A DNA stretch of 64,000 bases, taken from a virus (taxonomy: Duplodnaviria > Caudoviricetes). Numbering within the stretch: the stretch's first letter is position 1; the number at the start of each line of letters is the position of its first letter. Shown here piece by piece: positions 45,456 through 52,523 of the stretch. The translations under genes and the position numbers were made by a program. The stretch covers positions 1 to 64,000 of the IMG/VR virus record IMGVR_UViG_3300015607_002466, one strand, 5' to 3'. The notes beneath the pieces were generated by a model. The model was not told the DNA's origin. It made no database searches and saw nothing but the letters and a program-made list of their open reading frames with translations.

Positions 45456-46448
45456 TTATCGTGAGCAGTTTAGCTCAATAAGCATCTTGGCTTCAAATTC
45501 GTTCTTTGGAATTTGGTTGAACAATTGGTAGATTGTCCAACATTTGCCATATGTAATTATACTCTTATTTACGTCATCTGTAAACTGAGTGGCGAAAGTA
45601 ATTTTCCAACCATTTTCAAGAGCTTTCTCAGCCACCATTCGGCCGTTTTTGTCCTTGTCAATGACGAAAATTAGTTCTCGCCTGCTCTTCTTGAGAATTT
45701 CAATTTTTGCCTCATTGATTTTGCTACCAATGAGAGCTACGCCATTCATTGGTAGCGCGTCAAAGACGCCTTCTGAAACGAAGAGCGGGCCTGAACCGCG
45801 AAAGAGCTCATCGAAATTGAAGATGATATTCTCTTTTGGTTCAGTGCAATTGTCCCAACGATCCTTTTTACTGGAACCATTGGTATAATTTCGACCTTGC
45901 CAGTAAATGATCTTACCATTACGGTAAAACGGAATAATGACAAAGTTGAGACGTTTGGGATCGAGAGTGAAGTAGAACGGATACGCAAAAGGATCAATCT
46001 TTCTACTTAAGAGATACTCAACAATTCTCTCTTGTACTTGAATTCCCTTATCTGTTGAGCCGAGTAGCATCGCACCTTTAGGCAGCTCAACTTCTGGTGT
46101 GATCAGGTAATTCTTTTTCTCTTTCTTTTGTGATACATCAGCTAGAGAAATCGTTTCACTCTCAGTGTTCTTGTTAAAAAATGCTTTGCCGATTTCTTTG
46201 TCAATGTCTTCATCAGAGATGCCAAAGATGTTTAGAATCTTTCTAAACTTTCTGGTAATCTCTCCACTATTTTCGACATAGCGCCCGCCCGCTCCACAAT
46301 TGAAGCAATTGTAACCAACTTCACCGCCTTGAAACTTGAATCCCCCACGATCGGTATGATCATGACAGACATCACAGACACAATGGTGAAAGCCGGTATG
46401 GGCCACTCTTGTAAAGTGGACCCGTTGCCGGATCAGATCTTCAAGCAT
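45456..46448 (-). CDS. gp61: DNA primase (T4 gp61-like)
   Basis: Zn finger CDVCHD...YNCFNCG; IIPFY...WQGR; TOPRIM FVSEGVFDA and DKDKNG. Confidence 0.92.
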   Translation of the reverse strand: MLEDLIRQRVHFTRVAHTGFHHCVCDVCHDHTDRGGFKFQGGEVGYNCFNCGAGGRYVENSGEITRKFRKILNIFGISDEDIDKEIGKAFFNKNTESETISLADVSQKKEKKNYLITPEVELPKGAMLLGSTDKGIQVQERIVEYLLSRKIDPFAYPFYFTLDPKRLNFVIIPFYRNGKIIYWQGRNYTNGSSKKDRWDNCTEPKENIIFNFDELFRGSGPLFVSEGVFDALPMNGVALIGSKINEAKIEILKKSRRELIFVIDKDKNGRMVAEKALENGWKITFATQFTDDVNKSIITYGKCWTIYQLFNQIPKNEFEAKMLIELNCSR

Positions 46449-46483
46449 TTAGTTCATTCATTGAATAATACGATACTTCATAC

Positions 46484-46804
46484 TTAAATCCTTGGTGGTG
46501 TAAGTACAGAGAATGGCAATTTTACCGTATGCGCCAAAGCTATTTTAGCTTTACCCTCGACTACGTACTGGATTTTTCCATCTTTAATAGATCCGTGATA
46601 ATGATTGCTTGTTGATTTCCACGATTCATCGTCTTTCAGATTCCGCTTTAAGGTGCGTTCGCAGTCAAAATATCCACGTTTCACGATATCATTAACACGT
46701 TCTTCGTGAATCTGTTCGGGGGTCAAAGGCGCTGGCTTCGGCAAAACATACGGAATAAACATTCCAACCAGAAGAATGCAACCAAGGATTTTAGAGGTTT
46801 TCAT
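46484..46804 (-). CDS. Hypothetical membrane-anchored early protein
   Basis: N-terminal hydrophobic helix; RBS GGAG; early promoter upstream. Confidence 0.55.
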   Translation of the reverse strand: MKTSKILGCILLVGMFIPYVLPKPAPLTPEQIHEERVNDIVKRGYFDCERTLKRNLKDDESWKSTSNHYHGSIKDGKIQYVVEGKAKIALAHTVKLPFSVLTPPRI

Positions 46805-46836
46805 CGTAATTACTCCATCAGTTTATCAGTGAAATC

Positions 46837-46867
46837 ATTATATCATATTTCGATTTCGCTTGTAAAC
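46837..46867 (-). promoter_or_regulatory. Early promoter GTTTACA-N18-TATAAT (extended -10)
   Basis: Plus strand ATTATA at 46837-46842 and TGTAAAC at 46861-46867. Confidence 0.7.
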
Positions 46868-46889
46868 TAGATTTTGTAAAAACTTTGAT

Positions 46890-47114
46890 TTAGTTCTTTG
46901 CTACTTGAGCTCGATGCCAAATAAAGGTCGCCAAATGCTGCAGAATACCCACATCAATTTTGTCGTATTTCACGATGTCTCCATTGGTTGGTGGAGTATC
47001 GCTGCCTTGGTTCCACCATTCGGTGAAAGCTTCTTTAAGGCCTACATAATTGTCTGGTAGAGAATTGGTCGGTGCTGGATTAGCAGGCGGCCAAGCTTCT
47101 TGTTCTGTGCTCAT
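46890..47114 (-). CDS. Hypothetical protein
   Basis: 74-aa ORF, co-oriented, RBS-like AAGGA upstream. Confidence 0.5.
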   Translation of the reverse strand: MSTEQEAWPPANPAPTNSLPDNYVGLKEAFTEWWNQGSDTPPTNGDIVKYDKIDVGILQHLATFIWHRAQVAKN

Positions 47115-47126
47115 TTGGCGAGTTCC

Positions 47127-47774
47127 TTATCTGATATTTTTTATGTGGTTTTTAACTTCTTTGACATAATGCAAAGTGCTCGGATTTGAGACTTCTCGTA
47201 CTCCTCCGGGACCTTTGTTGTATGCTGCGACGAGTTTATCACCCTCATAACCATAATCGTCAGAAAGAATCTTCAGATATCTGGTAGAAATCTCAACGTT
47301 GAACAAATCGTTCATGATAAGATTTGCGATAACTTCTTCGTCAGTATGTGTATGAAAATCGTATTTGTCCCACAGATGCGGGAAACGATTCAACACAGCT
47401 TTTGCTGCAGAAAGCTTAATTTGTCCAATACCGTAGTATCGCTCATTTGTCTTCAAACCAAATTCTTGGCCTGCGACTTTGTATGAGTCTAGACCGCCAG
47501 CCTTGGATTCTTGAATAAGAATGCCTTGAGCAAGCTCTGGTTTCTTTAAGCCGATAGCTTTAGCCATCGAATAAGCCGCATTAAGAATGCGGTGCTGTTT
47601 TTCAGAGAGATTTTCTGGGACAGCAAAAGTTAATGGATCACCTCCGAGGGCTTTGTCAAATTTTGGAGAAATGACAGATGTGCCGATCTTCGGTTGCGTA
47701 ATTTGATAAAAGTTGCCTAGAACTCCTACCGACATGACTGAAACGACAGCCAATATAGACAGTGTATATCTCAC
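47127..47774 (-). CDS. Lytic transglycosylase (SLT-family) with N-terminal signal/anchor
   Basis: GILIQES (catalytic Glu), YGIGQI, N..FNVEISTRYL, AAYNKGPG; GTG start with AAAGGAG RBS. Confidence 0.85.
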   Translation of the reverse strand: MRYTLSILAVVSVMSVGVLGNFYQITQPKIGTSVISPKFDKALGGDPLTFAVPENLSEKQHRILNAAYSMAKAIGLKKPELAQGILIQESKAGGLDSYKVAGQEFGLKTNERYYGIGQIKLSAAKAVLNRFPHLWDKYDFHTHTDEEVIANLIMNDLFNVEISTRYLKILSDDYGYEGDKLVAAYNKGPGGVREVSNPSTLHYVKEVKNHIKNIR

Positions 47775-47868
47775 TGAATACTCCTTTCTTGTTGTTGAGA
47801 CAATAGAGAGTGCTCTATAAGTAAAGCATCAATCTTCGTATGTATCGGTATTTCGGTATAGCTATGCT

Positions 47869-47898
47869 ATTATAACATATTTCCTGCTCTAAATAAAC
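47869..47898 (-). promoter_or_regulatory. Early-type promoter GTTTATT-N17-TATAAT (extended -10)
   Basis: Minus strand TGtTATAAT ending at 47869, GTTTATT at 47898-47892; upstream of SLT. Confidence 0.6.
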
Positions 47899-47903
47899 AA
47901 AAA

Positions 47904-47929
47904 GGATAAATGGCTCGCACCATTTATCC
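47904..47929 (-). terminator. Intrinsic terminator
   Basis: GGATAAATGG/CCATTTATCC stem, followed by TTTTTGTTT on the minus strand. Confidence 0.8.
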
Positions 47930-47956
47930 CATTTGACTTGTGCAGTTTTTTATTTA

Positions 47957-48388
47957 TTAGCCGAAGACTTTAGTGGTCTTATCTAGAGCTGCTTCAGCTG
48001 GGTTGGTAAAGTCTGAACCGATCATCTTATCGGAAACCTTAGCGGTGACTGAACCTAGAGTGTCGCGAGAAGCCAATGCACCCTTTGGACGCTTGGTCTT
48101 TACGCAGTTGAAATGGAAGAAATCCAATGCATTCATACCATTACTTAGGGTAGCCTGGGATAGTAGCTCCCATAGTGGGTATTTGTCTGCGTGAACTGAA
48201 GTAACGATCTTCTTTAGACGTTGCTTATCGATATTGTGTAGTGGGGAAATTGGGATGTAGTAGATGGTGCCATCATCTTCTTCCTTCACGATTGCAACTT
48301 CTTGAAGTAGACCTGAATCGTCAACGTCAACACGGAAAATATGTGGTAGATCGGTTGCCTGCTTCGCGATGGTTTCTTTGATTGCCAT
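47957..48388 (-). CDS. Conserved-looking hypothetical late protein
   Basis: 143 aa; RBS AAGGAG; TATAAATA at 48474-48481 upstream. Confidence 0.65.
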   Translation of the reverse strand: MAIKETIAKQATDLPHIFRVDVDDSGLLQEVAIVKEEDDGTIYYIPISPLHNIDKQRLKKIVTSVHADKYPLWELLSQATLSNGMNALDFFHFNCVKTKRPKGALASRDTLGSVTAKVSDKMIGSDFTNPAEAALDKTTKVFG

Positions 48389-48473
48389 TAACTTGCTCCT
48401 TATTGGTATGGAAATATAAATTTGTGATTTGGTTATAAATACATCTAGAGAACCAAATCAATTCACTCAATTT

Positions 48474-48506
48474 TATTTATATCTCCGAAAAGGCGTTTTC
48501 GGGAGA
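48474..48506 (-). promoter_or_regulatory. Hairpin directly abutting late promoter TATAAATA
   Basis: Minus strand TCTCCCGAAAA-CGCC-TTTTCGGAGA-TATAAATA; no U tract. Confidence 0.6.
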
Positions 48507-48509
48507 AAA

Positions 48510-48914
48510 TTAACGACCCCCATTAAAGAACCAAGTTTCTGCCTTTTCTAAGGTGTTAAATGGTCCAGTTCCACTCTTAACCGTCATATCATCAGCATCA
48601 CCATAAACAAGAATGAATTTATTCCATTCATTGTTATGCGTCAAAACTGGCTCACTGAGCTCTATCACTCGAACTTTCGAATAATGTTCGAGTTCGGTCT
48701 TGATCCATTTGTCAATCATGGGATCGATATACGATCCACCATCAGGAACCCTTGACCAACGGTGAGCAGTGCCGTCTTTAAGACATTGCTGGTAGCTTTC
48801 CAAAGTTTTCTTAGCTTGTTCTTTAGAGTAAACACGATGTTGTTCGTGTTTAGCTACAGCCCTTTCGATTTGCTCTTTTACTTTAGTTTGGTCAAGGTCG
48901 TGACGTGTATTCAT
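48510..48914 (-). CDS. Hypothetical protein
   Basis: 134 aa; start overlaps the RNase H stop. Confidence 0.6.
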   Translation of the reverse strand: MNTRHDLDQTKVKEQIERAVAKHEQHRVYSKEQAKKTLESYQQCLKDGTAHRWSRVPDGGSYIDPMIDKWIKTELEHYSKVRVIELSEPVLTHNNEWNKFILVYGDADDMTVKSGTGPFNTLEKAETWFFNGGR

Positions 48915-49879
48915 TAAAATGAAATCAATCCAGAAGTTTTGGCCTTCTTCAAGTCCTTCTTATTTTCATGAAGGCTGAAGATTTCGTTGTAGTTCATCGA
49001 TTCGTCAGCAATCGACTTAAGCTGATACTCCCCAAGGAACTTCATGAAATGGAAGTAGGAGAATTGAGCACGATTTTCGATAGCTTCATCGATAGTTTGC
49101 TGAATAAGGTCCTTAATTTCCTGAGGCTGGGCGTCAAGGTCCATCAACAGCTTATTTTCTTCGAATAGGTCTTTTACCAAGAATGTCTGGGTAATTTCAC
49201 CAGTTTCAGGGTCCTTTACAGACCAAGTCTCATTCATGATGTTGGTAAATTCGAATGCGTCTTTGTAAGCCTTTTCGATTCGAGTAGAACGAATGCGTGG
49301 ATACGCAGTCATGACATTATCGCCACCATCCCCACGGAAACACTTCTCAAACATGAAGAATTCAGGATCGTCACAAGTACGTTCTTTGCCCTTATCTGGG
49401 TTGATAAGCCTAACGTTCTTATAACGAAGAAGTTGGGTAAAGTCCTTATCTCCAGATAGGATGATAATTTCATCACCAGCTTCAGAAAATCTCTTCGTGA
49501 ACCCAGCAATTAAATCGTCACCTTCAACACGATCAGCGTTCAACACTGTCGAAGTTGTATGCAGCTTAAGGAATTCTTTAAACGAATCAACTAGTTGGAA
49601 GAAGATTTCATTTGACGCGGTGTATACTCGATTGCCTTTGTAAAGTCGCTTTGAGACACATGCGTCGCTCTTGGTGTACTCTTTTCGCCAGTTGTTACGA
49701 CCTTCAAACGCGAAAGCTACCTGATCGGGTTTATGCTTCTTGTAATGAGACAATACCGTGCGAAAGCACATGTGCATTGCAAGACCTGCATTTAGTTCAT
49801 CATCGTCAGTCTTAATCTTCTGGTTTGCTGAGTGTACTCGGAACAGTAGGTTCGGAGTATCAATGATCATGCGTTTCAT
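48914..49879 (-). CDS. rnh: RNase H / 5'-3' flap exonuclease (T4 rnh-like)
   Basis: IIDTPNLLFR, AFEGRNNWRK, YKGNR, EGDDLIA, ILSGDKDFTQL, GDGGDNV. Confidence 0.93.
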   Translation of the reverse strand: MKRMIIDTPNLLFRVHSANQKIKTDDDELNAGLAMHMCFRTVLSHYKKHKPDQVAFAFEGRNNWRKEYTKSDACVSKRLYKGNRVYTASNEIFFQLVDSFKEFLKLHTTSTVLNADRVEGDDLIAGFTKRFSEAGDEIIILSGDKDFTQLLRYKNVRLINPDKGKERTCDDPEFFMFEKCFRGDGGDNVMTAYPRIRSTRIEKAYKDAFEFTNIMNETWSVKDPETGEITQTFLVKDLFEENKLLMDLDAQPQEIKDLIQQTIDEAIENRAQFSYFHFMKFLGEYQLKSIADESMNYNEIFSLHENKKDLKKAKTSGLISF

Positions 49880-50187
49880 GTACGAACAACTTCCATTTTA
49901 GATTCATCTGGATTTACGAGAAGCTTTACTTTCTCAGTGAACCCAACGATAAGTGGCTCAACCATATCAACTACCAACTTTTCTTGTTCTTCAGTCATGG
50001 TCTCGGAACCGTCACGAACCAACTCAAATAGAATTGAAGCGATCACTGAACCAAAACAGAAAGACAGATCACCAATCGAAGCCTGGGCTTCTTCAACTAG
50101 AGGATCGACTTCCTCTAGAACGTGGTGAATATGATGCTGAAGACCGACCTGAACGGCCTTATAAAATTCTGACAACTTTTCGGACAT
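49876..50187 (-). CDS. Hypothetical protein
   Basis: 103 aa; ATGA overlap with rnh; RBS AAGGA. Confidence 0.6.
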   Translation of the reverse strand: MSEKLSEFYKAVQVGLQHHIHHVLEEVDPLVEEAQASIGDLSFCFGSVIASILFELVRDGSETMTEEQEKLVVDMVEPLIVGFTEKVKLLVNPDESKMEVVRT

Positions 50188-50210
50188 TTCTTTTCCTTTA
50201 TTTTACCGAA

Positions 50211-50876
50211 TTAGGTGATGATATTTTGGTTTTCCATCAACTTTGGAATGTAAGCTCGAACGAAAGTGTTTTGACTCTTAAGAACGAACTTGATGTTTTC
50301 ATAAGCTGCTTCTTGGTCGAAGAACTTACGACGAGCAATCTTGAGCATTGGGAGAACAAAGTTCTCGGTTTCGTCCACGTAGCTCATTTGCTTCGTAGTC
50401 GTGAATACATGCGCCATGCTACCTTGGTTGTGAATACGGTCGCCGCCTTTGGCGATGCTACCATGCGGAGTTTTAGCAAGATTTGCGTAATACTCCTCGG
50501 TCGACAGCTTTTTGCCTTTATATTCTTTGCTGATGGTCATGATTTCATCGGCCATCTCGCAACCAACGATTCCACAAACTTGCTCAAATGTTACAAATGG
50601 TGCTTTAGCACTATAGTCTTCTAGAATGTCGTGACCAAGTGCTAGACCAATAACTAATGCCGGATTTCGAAGATCACTTAGGGTTCGGATGAAGTGGGCA
50701 ATTTCCAGTTGGTGTTGAAATTCTGGAGTGCTTCCATCCTTTCGAGTACCAACATGAACGTCCTTTGCGAATTCCAGCATGTTTAGAGCTGGAACATAGG
50801 ACTTGTCAAACTTCGCTGCTGAAATCAGGTAATAGCGAAGAGAAAGATACAGCTTTTCGAAGGTTGTTGCCATCAT
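50211..50876 (-). CDS. HD-domain hydrolase of RelA/SpoT/Mesh1 type (stand-alone alarmone hydrolase candidate)
   Basis: FAKDVHVGTRKDGSTPEFQHQLE, ALGHDILED (HDxxED), IAKGGDRIHN. Confidence 0.8.
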   Translation of the reverse strand: MMATTFEKLYLSLRYYLISAAKFDKSYVPALNMLEFAKDVHVGTRKDGSTPEFQHQLEIAHFIRTLSDLRNPALVIGLALGHDILEDYSAKAPFVTFEQVCGIVGCEMADEIMTISKEYKGKKLSTEEYYANLAKTPHGSIAKGGDRIHNQGSMAHVFTTTKQMSYVDETENFVLPMLKIARRKFFDQEAAYENIKFVLKSQNTFVRAYIPKLMENQNIIT

Positions 50877-50889
50877 CCTACCCCTAGAG

Positions 50890-51006
50890 TTATAGTTCTA
50901 TTCCGCAACGTGTGCATCGCCACATTGCTTTTCCATTCTTATCGTTGAAACGAATTGGTACATGCCGCTTATTGAACCAGCAAATTACCCATTTAAAAAT
51001 GTTCAT
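50890..51006 (-). CDS. Small Cys/His Zn-ribbon peptide (DUF1660-like), missed by the ORF track
   Basis: Manual translation MNIFKWVICWFNKRHVPIRFNDKNGKAMWRCTRCGIEL (C..H..CxxC); early-type -10 (TGaTATAAT, 51025-51033) upstream. Confidence 0.6.
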   Translation of the reverse strand: MNIFKWVICWFNKRHVPIRFNDKNGKAMWRCTRCGIEL

Positions 51007-51040
51007 TATCTTGAACTTTCTTGAATTATATCACAAAACT

Positions 51041-51340
51041 TTAACTTCTGAAACGATTTTTCTCAGATGTCATGGTTGGGGCAGCAAGAGAGTCATCTGA
51101 GACGGCCTCATTTAAACCATCCACTTTTGGAATGATCATGCTGCCTAGAAAGAAATTTTCAACGATTTCCTGTTCATTATGGCCAACAAATCCAGCCCTT
51201 TTCAGATTTTCTAGAAATGCAGGATTCCATGCCATGTCGTAACGGACTGATCCATCTTCGACCCCCGTTGTGACAAATCTTGCCCAAGGTTTCTTGGAAC
51301 GGTTTTGAAGCTTTTCATCAAGCCATGATAGGAAGCTCAT
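51041..51340 (-). CDS. Conserved T4-like-phage hypothetical protein
   Basis: YDMAWNPAFLENLKRAGF.G..EQEIVENFF resembles the 'ELDWN..F...L...GY.G..EEIVD.WF' family. Confidence 0.6.
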   Translation of the reverse strand: MSFLSWLDEKLQNRSKKPWARFVTTGVEDGSVRYDMAWNPAFLENLKRAGFVGHNEQEIVENFFLGSMIIPKVDGLNEAVSDDSLAAPTMTSEKNRFRS

Positions 51341-51729
51341 AGTGCTGAACCTTTATTTTCAATCATTCGGTTTTTTACGATCGCTGCGATCTTTTCACGA
51401 ATTTCGTTTGCAATAACTTCACGATATGGGACAACCACTAAGTCAAGAATGTCGGTGATAATTGCATCTACAGGCTCAGAGCTTTGAAGATAGTGATCAA
51501 CTGCTTCTGGTGTAAACTTTGCTTCTTTAACCTTACCGTTGATTTCCAATGCTACACGATTGAGCCGTGAAATTGGGTCAGTTTCAACAACAATAGTAGT
51601 CTTAAATTTCTCCAACTCAGCTTCAGTCTTCTGTAGTTTCTCGGTCAACTCCTTGATCTTGATTTCCAGCTGAAGCTGAGTTGAGAGGCGATCCGCGATA
51701 GTGATATCGGTTGCTCTCAACTCTGCCAT
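51337..51729 (-). CDS. Hypothetical coiled-coil protein
   Basis: 130 aa; coupled to neighbouring genes. Confidence 0.6.
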   Translation of the reverse strand: MAELRATDITIADRLSTQLQLEIKIKELTEKLQKTEAELEKFKTTIVVETDPISRLNRVALEINGKVKEAKFTPEAVDHYLQSSEPVDAIITDILDLVVVPYREVIANEIREKIAAIVKNRMIENKGSAL

Positions 51730-51732
51730 ATT

Positions 51733-52512
51733 TTAATCTCCTTGGGTATTAGTTTGCGGTACTAGGATAATCTCATGGTTATTTATGATTAGCCGGAGTG
51801 TACCGCCCTTACCAACAATGATCGGGAAAGCGGTTTCGTTTTCACCAAGTGCGCCATTGATTTGACGAATCAGACCAAGGAAGACATCAGTGATGTAGTA
51901 ATAAACGAAAGTTGCTGGTTCGTCGAGGAACTCAACGTTGTCGTTCACCTTGATGGAGAAGACGTCTTGATTGGCGTCGTAGTACTCGATGAAAGCTTCA
52001 TAAGCATCACCATTCTTCTTGCACATCAGGGTGAAGGTCTTTGCACCCATGGACTTTGCCGCAGAGTTGATGGTTGCAACATCACCCTTTGCGATTTGAA
52101 TGATTGCGAGTGCTTCGTCATTCACCGCCTTAGGAGCTTTGATGATGGAAGGAGACGCACAACGGAATTGGGTCTTTGCCTTGCTGCTCTTGAGGCCTAG
52201 GACAGAAACTTCGCTCTTGTTGTTGGTTTCAACTGACATTTCAAAAGAATCGTCAGTGTTGAGAACATTGATTCGTGAACGAAGAATGTTCATACGAGAA
52301 AGACCAAGAACTTTACCTTCTCCGCCTAGCGAAGGAACTTCTGAATGAGACAGAATCAAGCAAGTGCGGTCATCATTGATGCCGCGAATTACAGCTTGAC
52401 CTTCATCGCCGTCAGGATCATTTTCGATTAGGACGTTCTCGATACCTGCAAGTAGGCAAGTTTCGATAACCTTGTTAAGCTTTTGAACACTATCTTTAGA
52501 CAAACTAGACAT
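51733..52512 (-). CDS. Putative DNA polymerase sliding clamp/processivity factor
   Basis: 259 aa alternating alpha/beta pattern, directly downstream of the DNA polymerase; size fits clamp monomers. Confidence 0.5.
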   Translation of the reverse strand: MSSLSKDSVQKLNKVIETCLLAGIENVLIENDPDGDEGQAVIRGINDDRTCLILSHSEVPSLGGEGKVLGLSRMNILRSRINVLNTDDSFEMSVETNNKSEVSVLGLKSSKAKTQFRCASPSIIKAPKAVNDEALAIIQIAKGDVATINSAAKSMGAKTFTLMCKKNGDAYEAFIEYYDANQDVFSIKVNDNVEFLDEPATFVYYYITDVFLGLIRQINGALGENETAFPIIVGKGGTLRLIINNHEIILVPQTNTQGD

Positions 52513-52523
52513 AAACTATCTCC

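Noticed and set aside
47775-47868. Possible ncRNA or tRNA in the longest intergenic gap
   Set aside because: No cloverleaf or T-loop motif; the space is accounted for by promoter, terminator and the SLT 5' UTR.
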